DNA of 40,333 bases. Source: a virus. The position numbers and the translations under genes were made by a program. The notes under the pieces are model-generated. The model saw only the letters and a list, made by a program, of their open reading frames with translations, had not been told where the DNA came from and did not search any database. The stretch spans positions 1-40,333 of the IMG/VR virus record IMGVR_UViG_3300050126_000021, one strand, 5' to 3'. Positions within the stretch are counted from its first letter, which is position 1. Each line of letters opens with the position of its first letter. Below, piece after piece: positions 13,787-22,844 of the stretch.

Positions 13787-15088
13787 ATGAACGATCCAGC
13801 CACCAACGAGCTGCTAGACAAACTAGCAACCGTCGTGCAGGAGCACAATAATCCTGCTCCGCGCCAGCTCACTAGAGCTGAACAAGCTGCCAAGACCAGC
13901 CAACAAACCACGTCAGAGCTGCCTACTCAAGCAGGTCCTCTCGGCATCCGGTTTGACTTTAACGAAGGCTGCCGCATCTACCTGCCGACCCTCGCTGAAG
14001 GCTTCTATCGTGTCCGCATCCGTGACCTGGATACAGGAAACACGTTGATCGACACGGGAGATTACAAAGGCGGCTGGGTGCGATCCTCTCGCCTCTACTA
14101 CTCTCGCTTCTGCATTGAGATCAAGGTGGGCGAGGAAGGCAGCAGTGACGGAAAGACCCTGATCCTGCGCCATGACTACGATCCGACAGGCAGAGACATC
14201 CTTATCAATCTCCCTCCTGGCACCCTCGGCGACAGCATCGGCTGGTTCAGCTACGTGCCACAGTGGCTAGTTGAGCATCCAGGGTCAAAGCTAACCTGCC
14301 GCATCCAGCGTCGCATGATCCCGTTGTTCTCTCCAGGCTATCCAGATATCACCTTCCTCCCGTGCGAGGAATCGCTAGACGCCTCCAAGGGCTACTATGC
14401 GACCTATCACCTCGGCCTGTTTTACAAAGACACCGAACATGTCTGCGCGCCATGTGATCACCGTCTAGTAGGGTTACATCGCACCGCAGCCTACATCTTA
14501 GGTCTCGACCCTCTAGAACACCGGCCACGCATCCAGCCGGACTTTAAAGGTCGTCCAATCGAACAACCCTACGTCTGTATCGCCACCCAAGCCACAACTC
14601 AGCCGAAGTATTGGAACAATCCAACAGGCTGGATAGAGCTGATTGCCTGGCTAAAGGAGCAAGGCTACCGTGTCATCTGCATCGATGCAGTGAAGGCTCA
14701 TGGTGACGGTACTCACTACAACACTATCCCTTGGGGCTGTGAGGACCAGACCGGAGATCGCCCGCTCATAGAGCGAGTGCGCTGGTTGCGACATGCAGAG
14801 TTCTTTGTCGGCCTTAGTAGTGGGCTATCATGGCTTGCTTGGGCTGCCGGGTGTCCTGTTGTCCTCATCAGTGGCTTCACGCATCCAATCAATGAGTTCT
14901 ACACGCCCCACCGTGTTATAAACTACCACACCTGCAACTCCTGCTGGAACGACAGCCGGCATGATTTCGACAACAACGATTTCCTGTGGTGCCCCCGCCA
15001 CGCAGGAACAAGTCGCCAGTTCGAATGCACCCGGCTGATCACTACAGACCTAGTGAAGCGAGTTATCCAGCCACTGCTGAAACACTAA
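13787..15088 (+). CDS. TibC/Aah-family (autotransporter-type) protein O-heptosyltransferase homolog
   Basis: Near full-length block similarity recalled from TibC/Aah. Shared blocks include PTQAGP, FDFNEG, GTLGDSIGWFSY and QPYVCIATQATTQPKYWNNPTGW. Also IPWGCEDQTG..PLIERV.WL.HAEFFVGLSSGLSWLAWAAGCPVVLISGF, EFYTP.RV.N, a C-x2-C-x15-C-x11-C cluster and FECTRLIT. Confidence 0.8.
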   Translation: MNDPATNELLDKLATVVQEHNNPAPRQLTRAEQAAKTSQQTTSELPTQAGPLGIRFDFNEGCRIYLPTLAEGFYRVRIRDLDTGNTLIDTGDYKGGWVRSSRLYYSRFCIEIKVGEEGSSDGKTLILRHDYDPTGRDILINLPPGTLGDSIGWFSYVPQWLVEHPGSKLTCRIQRRMIPLFSPGYPDITFLPCEESLDASKGYYATYHLGLFYKDTEHVCAPCDHRLVGLHRTAAYILGLDPLEHRPRIQPDFKGRPIEQPYVCIATQATTQPKYWNNPTGWIELIAWLKEQGYRVICIDAVKAHGDGTHYNTIPWGCEDQTGDRPLIERVRWLRHAEFFVGLSSGLSWLAWAAGCPVVLISGFTHPINEFYTPHRVINYHTCNSCWNDSRHDFDNNDFLWCPRHAGTSRQFECTRLITTDLVKRVIQPLLKH

Positions 15089-15102
15089 CTGAGGGGCCTC
15101 CC

Positions 15103-16101
15103 TTGGACCTAGAGCAATTCCCTTTCCCTGCCACTATCGACAATACTATGCGAGAAGAATGGTGGAAATGCCGCCACAGCTTCTTTCGCCGTCATATCCA
15201 GGGACTTCAACACATCCCGCTTGGTGCTCCAGGCGAGCAGCCGCCGGATGTAAACATCCATCTCCATTTCGGCGGGGCACTTGCGCGGGGGCTAGAGATC
15301 ACTCGCAAGTCTTGGACGCAGGACGGCAAGTCTAACGATCAAGCAATGCAGGATGGCGCAGAGGCACTTATCACCGCCTGGGGCGAAGCGATCCTGCCGC
15401 CGCCAACCACGCGCAACGAGGAGAACAAAACCCTCCAGTCCTGCCTCCTAGCCCATCAAGCCTACTTCCGAGAGTGGCCCCTAGACGATCCGATGCAGAA
15501 GGTGGCTACCGCAGAGGGACAAGCCATCGTCGAGTTCAGCGGCGCGCTTCCCATACCTGGATGCTACCATCCTGTCACCAAGGAACAGCTACTCTACTCC
15601 GGTCGTTTTGATGGAATGCTCGACCGTGGCAAGCTGTGGGGGCTGGACGACAAAACAACTGGGAGCCAAGTATCATCCTCAGCATGGCGGGCCCAGTGGC
15701 AATTGAATGGACAGTTCACCGGCTACTGCTGGCTGGCTCAAGGCTACGGCTTCAGAGTCAGCGACTTCTTGGTCCATGGGATACAAATTCTCAAAACAGA
15801 TATAAGGCTTGCAGAGGTATTGTGCCCTCGGCCGGCCTGGATGGTGGAACAGTGGCTGGGTCAGCTACAGGCTGATGTCAAGCAGATGATTGTGGCTTAT
15901 GAAGTGTTTATACTAGGTCTAGAAGTAGATGGCTTCATACCATCGCATCCTTTCGCTCAAGCCCTCGGTCATGCCTGCGTCAGCTTCAACCAGCCCTGCC
16001 AATACCTGACTGACCTGTGCGGCCAGCCTAATCCTGACGACTGGCTTGACAGGTTCCGAGTTGAGCGCTGGAACCCTTTGCGGAGGAAGGTAGATGAATA
16101 A
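15103..16101 (+). CDS. PD-(D/E)XK (RecB/Cas4-like) exonuclease
   Basis: Contains GRFDGML ... LWGLDDKTTG ... QLNGQFTGYCW (D, D-x-K and Q-x3-Y motifs). The start is TTG 15103, 6 nt after GAGGGG, or ATG 15148. Confidence 0.7.
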   Translation: MDLEQFPFPATIDNTMREEWWKCRHSFFRRHIQGLQHIPLGAPGEQPPDVNIHLHFGGALARGLEITRKSWTQDGKSNDQAMQDGAEALITAWGEAILPPPTTRNEENKTLQSCLLAHQAYFREWPLDDPMQKVATAEGQAIVEFSGALPIPGCYHPVTKEQLLYSGRFDGMLDRGKLWGLDDKTTGSQVSSSAWRAQWQLNGQFTGYCWLAQGYGFRVSDFLVHGIQILKTDIRLAEVLCPRPAWMVEQWLGQLQADVKQMIVAYEVFILGLEVDGFIPSHPFAQALGHACVSFNQPCQYLTDLCGQPNPDDWLDRFRVERWNPLRRKVDE

Positions 16102-16257
16102 GGAAGAACCAGACAGCGGAGAGGAAATAACTCTAGAGGTGTGGGAAGGTCAGAATAGCCCAAGGTCTCTAGGAGCCTTCTTGATAGGAGAGTGGGTCAG
16201 AGAGCAGCATCCGCAGAAGCTGTCGGTAAAAATTGTCTGGATCGAAGGATTCTCAAC

Positions 16258-17067
16258 ATGAAGTCCAACGTCCTCCTGATGGGCGAGATCGGCAGCGGCA
16301 AGACACGCTCACTGCTCACCCTACTGCCAGAGTTCTCCGACCCGCACACAGGGCAGGTGCTGAAAGGCGCTGGCCTGGAAACCTTCGTTATCGCAATGGA
16401 GCCTGGATACGAGGCAGTGTTCGGCAGCAATGGCTGTGAGCAAGGCCTTCACGTCCATTACATCGCACCCGCCGTAGTTAGCTGGGGTACAATCAGGAAG
16501 TACGTGGGACTGCTCAGCCAGAAGAGCTTGGACGAGGTTCTAAAGATGACAGACCCCGGCAAGGCACAATACACCCAGTTCATGGAGGTTTTTAACTGCT
16601 GCGCTGACTTCAAATGCGACACTTGCGGTCGTAGCTTTGGCGACATTAGCGAGTGGGATGCCACAAGAGCCATCTGCCTCGACGGCCTCACCTCCCTCTC
16701 CAGTGTCGCCATGCACGCAGTAGTCGGCGGCAAGCCGATCCGCACCTTCCCTGAGTACGGTGCTTGCATGGAGTTCATTGAGGCATTCTTCAAGCTCTAC
16801 TGGGGCAACACCAAATGCACTGCCGTCTGCCTCGCCCACATTGACAGAGAGAAGAACCCGACAAGTGGCTTATCCACTGTCACTGTGCACACCTGGGGAC
16901 AGAAGCTAGCTCCACGGCTAGTAAAAATCCCTGACGAGGTAATCATCGCACAGCACGAAGATGGCCACTACACATGGTCAACTCTCGACAGCGACATGGT
17001 GCTCAAGCGCCGCCGACTGCCGGAAAGTCCAGACCTCAAGCCAACATTCGTTCAGCTATTCACCTAG
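16258..17067 (+). CDS. AAA_24/Sak4-like RecA-fold ATPase
   Basis: ATG 16258 lies 8 nt after GAAGGA. Walker A is LLMGEIGSGKT and Walker-B-like is AICLDGLTSL. Size and context are typical of this family. Confidence 0.65.
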   Translation: MKSNVLLMGEIGSGKTRSLLTLLPEFSDPHTGQVLKGAGLETFVIAMEPGYEAVFGSNGCEQGLHVHYIAPAVVSWGTIRKYVGLLSQKSLDEVLKMTDPGKAQYTQFMEVFNCCADFKCDTCGRSFGDISEWDATRAICLDGLTSLSSVAMHAVVGGKPIRTFPEYGACMEFIEAFFKLYWGNTKCTAVCLAHIDREKNPTSGLSTVTVHTWGQKLAPRLVKIPDEVIIAQHEDGHYTWSTLDSDMVLKRRRLPESPDLKPTFVQLFT

Positions 17068-17076
17068 GAGCCACCA

Positions 17077-17547
17077 ATGGGCATCAATCCAACAGCCTTC
17101 CGCCACGCGATCATTCGTCCGGTGTTACTGCATCTTGAAGAACATGCAGGCATCTCGCACACTCCAGCAGCGGAGGACTTGCTGATGATCACCGCTGCGC
17201 TGGAAAGCTCGCTAGGCTCCTTCCTGCCTGTCTATGGCATGACTGATGCGATGATAGGTGAGCTGGATGACAGCTTCATCACACCCAGCCCACGCTTCAA
17301 GCCGGCAGTAGCTGGGCTGCTCGCCAGCACGATCCCGCTTCGCCTTCAATGCATGTGGAACCTCTACGCGGCCACGGCCACAGCTCGGCTCTGGTACTAC
17401 CGCGTCAAGTCTCCGTTGCCAGACGGAGACAATCTCCGCGATCTGCTTCAATACTACGAAACCAATTTCACTGGCCAGTCAACTAGCGACCTCCGTTGGA
17501 ACCAAGCATTGCAGCTAACCGACTTGATAGGAGATCATCATGCCTAG
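17077..17547 (+). CDS. Hypothetical protein adjacent to the endolysin
   Basis: 156 aa, no TM segment. Its stop overlaps the endolysin start. Confidence 0.55.
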   Translation: MGINPTAFRHAIIRPVLLHLEEHAGISHTPAAEDLLMITAALESSLGSFLPVYGMTDAMIGELDDSFITPSPRFKPAVAGLLASTIPLRLQCMWNLYAATATARLWYYRVKSPLPDGDNLRDLLQYYETNFTGQSTSDLRWNQALQLTDLIGDHHA

Positions 17548-18241
17548 CAAAGGCTTCGACACAGACACGCCACTGACCCAGGCGGCTATCACCGCAGCTA
17601 AGTCAGCAGGATACATCGCCGCCGGACGCTATCTCAAGAACCTGACACCAGCAGAAGTAGCTCTCTGCTCCAAGAACCAGTTCGGCCTGTGGCTAATCTT
17701 TGAAGGTGAAGGGAGTCAAGAGACCTTCCAAGAGGGCAATCAACGCGGAAAGGCTGACGGAGCTACCGCCTACCAACAGGCAAAAGCTCTCGGCGTCCCG
17801 CCCGGCTGCACGATCTTCTTCGCTGTGGACTATGACGCGCTAGCTGGCGACATAGCTAAAATCACAGACTACGCCACCGGCTTCGTCAGCAACCTCGGAG
17901 AATACAAGTACGGTGTCTACGGCGACGGAACTGTGCTAAGCTCTCTACCCGACGCTCCAGGCTACGTAGCCGGCGCTGATGGTTGGGATGGCACAGAAGC
18001 CTATCTAGCCACCGGCAAGGCAGCTCTGATCCAGCACGCCACGGTCGAGCTAGCCGGGATCAGCATGGACCCAGTAGACATCATCAAAACAGACGTGCTG
18101 TGGGTTCCTGAGGCGTCAGCCACCACTACACCAATCCCAACCGCCGCGCAGCTTCAGGCAGCGCTAGGCATCTCCACCGATGGCATTTGGGGTCCACAAT
18201 CCCAAGCAGCTCTGGCCTCCTACTATGCCAAGCAAGATTAA
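17540..18241 (+). CDS. Endolysin: DUF1906/Rv2525c-like glycoside-hydrolase-like domain plus a C-terminal peptidoglycan-binding repeat
   Basis: GFDTDTPLT..AGYIAAGRYL, LWLIFEG and IFFAVDYD match the DUF1906 pattern. The C-terminal LQAALGISTDGIWGPQSQAALASYY matches PG_binding_1. Confidence 0.7.
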   Translation: MPSKGFDTDTPLTQAAITAAKSAGYIAAGRYLKNLTPAEVALCSKNQFGLWLIFEGEGSQETFQEGNQRGKADGATAYQQAKALGVPPGCTIFFAVDYDALAGDIAKITDYATGFVSNLGEYKYGVYGDGTVLSSLPDAPGYVAGADGWDGTEAYLATGKAALIQHATVELAGISMDPVDIIKTDVLWVPEASATTTPIPTAAQLQAALGISTDGIWGPQSQAALASYYAKQD

Positions 18242-18389
18242 TCCTGAGCTACTACAGGATGAGATAAATCGTCCTGGCTGTAGAAACCCTCTACGCAGAA
18301 ACATCTACCAGCGCACGCGCACTGGAGCGCTTCACTGTACACCGGGGAAGGTAGTAGAGTTCGATCCCCCAAGCCGCACGACGACTGTG

Positions 18390-18430
18390 CAACCACCACA
18401 ACCACCACAACCACCACAACCACCACAACC
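18390..18430. repeat. 9-bp tandem repeat CAACCACCA x4.5
   Basis: Read directly. Ends 15 nt before ATG 18445. Confidence 0.9.
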
Positions 18431-18444
18431 AAAGGAACCAACCA

Positions 18445-18969
18445 ATGCCTAGCCCGTTCGACTTCAGCAGCTTTATGACCGACACTACCTACGATGCCAC
18501 CAAGATTGACTACAAGTGGCACAATGTCCCCGAGGGTGGCTACATGGCCCAGCTCAAGGAGTTCGCCCGCAGTGCCGAACAGGACGTGGACAAGTGGAAC
18601 GGTCGCCACGTCATCACTGCTGACGTGATGTGGATCATCCAGGACGAAAACCTCAAGTCCGAGCTGAACCTGACGGAGATCACCGTCAGGCAATCCTTGA
18701 TCGTCGAGCGAGCTGGCCCTGGCGGACCGATCGATTGGGGCACTAACAAGAACATGGGCCTCAAGAACCTCATGCTCGCCACCGACACCAACAAGAACAA
18801 GAACTGGAACTTCGGCCACCTGCTCAACCAGGTCGCCTGGGTCACGGTGAAGAACCTGCCCTCCAAGGCACCCGGCGCAGACCCTGAGGTGTTGTACAGC
18901 AACATCACGAAGGTCGAACCTCTCGCGGCCGGTCGGGCTGCTTATGAGGCCAAGCAGAAAGCGGCCTGA
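18445..18969 (+). CDS. DUF669-like protein (putative ssDNA-binding partner of the Sak4-type ATPase)
   Basis: 174 aa with N-terminal FDFS...VPEGGYMAQLKEF, as in DUF669 proteins. Sits in a recombination-module context. Confidence 0.5.
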   Translation: MPSPFDFSSFMTDTTYDATKIDYKWHNVPEGGYMAQLKEFARSAEQDVDKWNGRHVITADVMWIIQDENLKSELNLTEITVRQSLIVERAGPGGPIDWGTNKNMGLKNLMLATDTNKNKNWNFGHLLNQVAWVTVKNLPSKAPGADPEVLYSNITKVEPLAAGRAAYEAKQKAA

Positions 18970-18975
18970 TCGCTT

Positions 18976-19097
18976 GGGACAAGACGGAGAGTGTCCCTCC
19001 TATAACAACCCCGTCAGGCTGTGGGAGCTTGTCTTTCTCAGCTCCGCGACAGCCACCCTAAAGCTCTTCTACAGCGGGGAGCCTTGCAAACTCCCCG
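18976..19097 (+). other. Three consecutive GC-rich stem-loops in a 154-nt gap
   Basis: GGGACA/TGTCCC (18976-18997), GGAGCT/AGCTCC (19024-19045) and CGGGGAG/CTCCCCG (19075-19097). None has a U-tract. Confidence 0.4.
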
Positions 19098-19123
19098 TCA
19101 TAGAGTGACTGGAGGATCAAGAG

Positions 19124-19558
19124 ATGGCAGATTTAATCTACAGGTGTCCACGCTGTGGAGAAAGTTTCGTTAGGGAGAGCGGGTTGCAATATCACATAGA
19201 TCATCTCTGTGTAGAGGAGATAGGCATCTCTAAGAAACCAACCGCAGAAACTATCTGCCTGGAGGCTGCCAAGCTGGTCGGCGGTGATCGTCAAGTCCCT
19301 CACGGCGACAAGACAATCAACTTCCAGAACACCGCCGACGTCTGGAACGCGATACTTCGTGCCAAGGCCCGGAGAGAGGGTTATGTAGGTGGCCTGCAAG
19401 TAGAGCTAGACGCTCTCGACGTAGGCAACATGTTGGAAGCCTTCAAGATCGCCCGGCGCTACAGTGGAGTCTACAATCCAGACGACTACATCGACGGTGC
19501 AGGTTACGCAGGATGCGCAGGAGAGATTGCTGCGCAGGCGGATACTAAAGATGCCTAG
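19124..19558 (+). CDS. C2H2-type zinc-finger plus DUF6378-like domain protein
   Basis: CPRCG...H...H lies at the N-terminus. GGDRQVPHGDKTINF...VW....L...DVGNML.AFKI.R...DDYIDGAGYA resembles DUF6378. Confidence 0.55.
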   Translation: MADLIYRCPRCGESFVRESGLQYHIDHLCVEEIGISKKPTAETICLEAAKLVGGDRQVPHGDKTINFQNTADVWNAILRAKARREGYVGGLQVELDALDVGNMLEAFKIARRYSGVYNPDDYIDGAGYAGCAGEIAAQADTKDA

Positions 19559-19781
19559 ACACGCAATCGATCTGCGCGGGCAGCAATTCGGCCGGCTTCG
19601 CGTCATCCGACGCAGCTACTTCCCTTCTCGCCACAGGGAAATATACTGGTACTGCAAGTGCACCTGCGGGAAACTCACTCATGTTATAGGACGAGAGCTG
19701 CGCCGGGGACGTACAAAGAGCTGCGGCTGTCTACAACGTGAGTGCGCTGCTGCGGTTGGTCGTGCTAGGAAGAAAGCATGA
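19551..19781 (+). CDS. Small zinc-ribbon protein
   Basis: ATG 19551 overlaps the upstream stop. Contains GQQFGRLRVI...YWYCKCTCG...SCGCL. Confidence 0.55.
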   Translation: MPRHAIDLRGQQFGRLRVIRRSYFPSRHREIYWYCKCTCGKLTHVIGRELRRGRTKSCGCLQRECAAAVGRARKKA

Positions 19782-21481
19782 CACGCTGGATTGAAAGCGG
19801 CGATCCACGCTCCCCGGTTTGGATCATCGCCGAGGCTCCAGGCGAGGATGAAATCCGCCAGGGCCGTCCGCTTGTCGGACAGAGTGGACAAGAGCTTGAC
19901 CGCTGCCTGCGTGATGCTGGCTGGCCTCCAGATTTCCAGTTCTTTCGTACCAACATCTGCCATCAGCGCCCGCCATCCTACCAGAACAAGTATGGAAAGT
20001 GGATACATAATGATATTGAGCAATTCTTCGTCAGTCGTGCGGAAGCTAAAAGGTCCGATGTACGAGAACTACTTGGTAGGTTTCCACTTGATCCTGTCAC
20101 AGAAGGAATTGATCGACTTAGCAACCATCTTCAACACTTCCGGCCTACACTCATTATCGCTCTCGGAGGAATTTCGCTGTGGGCGTTGGGCGGTAAGGAA
20201 GGTATCCTTAAATGGAGAGGAAGTATTCTCTCTACGGAGAGTGGGATCAAAGCCATCTCCACCCTCCACCCCGCCGACATCCTCTACCAGTGGCAGCACC
20301 GGCCACTTCTAGTCCAAGACCTTCGCCGGGCGCTGCGGGAGAGCAAGTATTCCGAGATCAGGAGACCAACATGGAATTTCGTGATCGCTCCTACTATCGC
20401 TGATCTTCGAGACTGGCTGTTACCGTGTATCGAGCGCAGACAGCCACTGGTATGCGACACGGAAGGATGGGGAGTGGTAGACTGCGTTGGTTTCGCCGCC
20501 AACAGCAAAGATGCCATCTGCGTACCATTTGTCCGCGAAGCTGGACAGCTCACAACCTATTTCACGCCGGGCGATGCCGAGCAGGCAATGAGCCTGTGTA
20601 CCGCGGCCCTGCGCCAGTGTCCCGTAACGTTTCACAACGCCACCTGGGACTGTCAAGTAATCGCCCGCCGCTGGGGAATGCTGCCGAACCTAACTGATGA
20701 CACAATGGTAATGCAACACGCCTTGTTCCCCGGACTACTTGGCGGAAAGATTGATCCGACTACTGGGACAGTTGAGAAGAAAGGTTCTTCCCTCAGTCTC
20801 TCCTTCATCGCCTCAATGTATTGTGAATACTACTCTTACTGGAAAGATGACGGACGAGTACGCGGTGATAATTACGACGATGACACATACTGGAAATATA
20901 ACTGTGAGGATTGTGTACGCACATACGAGTGTAGAGAGGTTCTTACAGAGGCTCTTAGAAGTGCCGGCCTGGAGGAGCAATACAGGTTTCTGATGTCCTT
21001 GTTTGCTCCAGTCCTGTCAATGATGTTCCGAGGAATGCGCCTGGACAGGGAGCGTGTTAAAGACATCAAGAACAGCATTGTCAAACAGCGAGCTGATCAA
21101 CAACAATGGCTAGACACCGCTGTAGGCTTCCCGCTCAACGTCGGCAGTGCGCCTCAGGTCCACAGCTTGTTCTACGACGACTTGCGGCAGCAGAAAGTTC
21201 TCCACCGCTCAACCCGCAAGCCTAGTGTTGACGACACCGCGCTTGAGACCATCGCGCGCCGTCAACCTCTGCTACTGCCACTCTGCCGCACAATCCAGAA
21301 CATCCGCTCCCTCAACACCAATGAGCGGAATTTCGTGGCGGCTGCGGAGAAGGCTAAAGACCGCCTCTACACCTGCTTAAACATCACCGGCGCAGAAACA
21401 TTCCGTTTCAGCTCAAACGAGACTGCGTTCGGCGAGGGATGTAATCTACAGAACCTCACCAGACCACCGGAGGATCAATGA
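19778..21481 (+). CDS. DNA polymerase A part 1: UDG-like domain, 3'-5' exonuclease and N-terminal polymerase region
   Basis: UDG motifs are IIAEAPGEDE..GRPLVGQSG and LHPADIL. Exonuclease motifs are LVCDTEG, FHNATWDCQV and YNCEDC. The ORF ends just after the TG..RFSS....NLQNL block. Confidence 0.85.
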   Translation: MTRWIESGDPRSPVWIIAEAPGEDEIRQGRPLVGQSGQELDRCLRDAGWPPDFQFFRTNICHQRPPSYQNKYGKWIHNDIEQFFVSRAEAKRSDVRELLGRFPLDPVTEGIDRLSNHLQHFRPTLIIALGGISLWALGGKEGILKWRGSILSTESGIKAISTLHPADILYQWQHRPLLVQDLRRALRESKYSEIRRPTWNFVIAPTIADLRDWLLPCIERRQPLVCDTEGWGVVDCVGFAANSKDAICVPFVREAGQLTTYFTPGDAEQAMSLCTAALRQCPVTFHNATWDCQVIARRWGMLPNLTDDTMVMQHALFPGLLGGKIDPTTGTVEKKGSSLSLSFIASMYCEYYSYWKDDGRVRGDNYDDDTYWKYNCEDCVRTYECREVLTEALRSAGLEEQYRFLMSLFAPVLSMMFRGMRLDRERVKDIKNSIVKQRADQQQWLDTAVGFPLNVGSAPQVHSLFYDDLRQQKVLHRSTRKPSVDDTALETIARRQPLLLPLCRTIQNIRSLNTNERNFVAAAEKAKDRLYTCLNITGAETFRFSSNETAFGEGCNLQNLTRPPEDQ

Positions 21482-21678
21482 CTGCCATCAAAGATGCAGC
21501 TTTCCTAACCGACTGGGCAAGCAAAATAGCCATCAATCGACGCAGTAGCTTGCCGCTCCGTGTGGTCCGGTACATTGAAGCAATTCAGCACATGGACCAT
21601 GAGCAGCTTTGCCTGTTTCTTGCCCTGGCCCTAATCATCGGGCATTTCGAGCTGCCACCGTTTCCAGATGAGGAATAG
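21478..21678 (+). CDS. Hypothetical protein (between the polymerase halves)
   Basis: 66 aa with an ATGA overlap with polymerase part 1. Confidence 0.5.
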   Translation: MTAIKDAAFLTDWASKIAINRRSSLPLRVVRYIEAIQHMDHEQLCLFLALALIIGHFELPPFPDEE

Positions 21679-21724
21679 GAGTAAGCCAAAATGGTGCGAT
21701 ATCCCATCTACAAGGAGACAATCG

Positions 21725-22045
21725 ATGCCCCCTGAGAACCTTCCCTTTCTAGGCGCTACCAACGACGACATGATCCAGGTGCGAGACAGTCAGAGACGCC
21801 TGCTCGGTGCGATCCCGGCTGATCGCGTACCGGCGGATGCGTATAGCTACATCGATGCTGAGGGGAAAGCTTACCCTCTCCGCCTAGCCGGGCTGACCTG
21901 CATCGAGATCACAGAGCCGGTAGAGTTTGATCCTGCCAACTTCCCCGGCTTCGTGTTCTATGCCAATGGGCCAACGCTGGGCCAGCTCAAAGCCGAGGCA
22001 CAACTTATCCGGCCGGATGATCCTGACATCGGCAAAGCACCATGA
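21725..22045 (+). CDS. Hypothetical protein (between the polymerase halves)
   Basis: ATG 21725 lies 6 nt after AAGGAGA. 106 aa. Confidence 0.55.
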   Translation: MPPENLPFLGATNDDMIQVRDSQRRLLGAIPADRVPADAYSYIDAEGKAYPLRLAGLTCIEITEPVEFDPANFPGFVFYANGPTLGQLKAEAQLIRPDDPDIGKAP

Positions 22046-22239
22046 GCGGATCATTTGCCGGCTTCAAGTCTCGCAAGGGCGAGGAACTTCGGCTGGATGC
22101 TTCCCAGCTAAATCAGCGTATCGACATCATCCGGAGAAACGGGACGGTGGTGTTCAGTGTACATGAGGAGGAAGCACGCAACCTAGTTCTAGCCTTGAAG
22201 CTACACTTCGAATACAACTGCTGGGAGTGGCCGACGTGA
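22042..22239 (+). CDS. Hypothetical protein (between the polymerase halves)
   Basis: 65 aa with an ATGA overlap. Confidence 0.5.
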   Translation: MSGSFAGFKSRKGEELRLDASQLNQRIDIIRRNGTVVFSVHEEEARNLVLALKLHFEYNCWEWPT

Positions 22240-22844
22240 GCATCTTGATCATTGACACCGAGACAACTGGTGTAAACCCTCGCGAGGCGAGGATAGTTCA
22301 ACTGGCAGCCTATCACATGGGCGATGGTCCAGCATGGCCTTTTCTCGGGCAGCTCAATGAGATCATCCGGCCACAGGGCTTTATGATCCCCGAGGAGGCC
22401 ACAGCCATCCACGGGATAGATCAAGACACAGCCCTTCGCAAAGGCCGTCCACTCGCCAGCGTGCTTGATCAGCTCCATGCGCTAGCAGTCGAAGCCTTCT
22501 CCGACAATCTCGACCCCTGGCTGGTCGCGCACAATCTCAACTACGACTTCGCCGTACTCTGTCACGAGTTCGAGCGGATAGGTGCTTCCTCCTACGCCCT
22601 GACACGTCTCTTTCCCATGTGCACAATGCAAGCAATGACCCGGAGATGTAATCTCCCCGGCAAGTACCCCGGAAAGCCAAAGTGGCCTAAGCTACAGGAA
22701 GCCTACACGTTTTGCTTCCCCGAAGGGTACACCAGCACAGACATTGCTCAGGCCCACACTGCAATGGGAGATGTGCTCAAGTGCCGAGATATCTACAAAC
22801 ACGGCTGGGAGCAAGGATGGTGGGGTAGCAAGGTAGGACAGTAA
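22227..22844 (+). CDS. DnaQ/epsilon-like DEDDh 3'-5' exonuclease
   Basis: ExoI is LIIDTETTG, ExoII is HNLNYDFAVL and ExoIII is HTAMGDVLKCRDI. Starts at GTG. Confidence 0.8.
   Translation: MADVSILIIDTETTGVNPREARIVQLAAYHMGDGPAWPFLGQLNEIIRPQGFMIPEEATAIHGIDQDTALRKGRPLASVLDQLHALAVEAFSDNLDPWLVAHNLNYDFAVLCHEFERIGASSYALTRLFPMCTMQAMTRRCNLPGKYPGKPKWPKLQEAYTFCFPEGYTSTDIAQAHTAMGDVLKCRDIYKHGWEQGWWGSKVGQ

Noticed and set aside
18340-18385. tRNA-like string GAGTTCGATCCCCC, which resembles a T-arm or a tRNA-derived attP core
   Set aside because: The five bases on either side of the TTCGATC loop do not pair. I could not build acceptor, D or anticodon arms from the flanks. There is no integrase in the genome that would use an attP.
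18238-18819. 193-aa minus-strand ORF antisense to the DUF669-like gene
   Set aside because: It includes a poly-Val stretch that is simply the antisense of the 9-bp repeat. It opposes the local transcription direction, and its composition is typical of shadow ORFs in GC-rich DNA.
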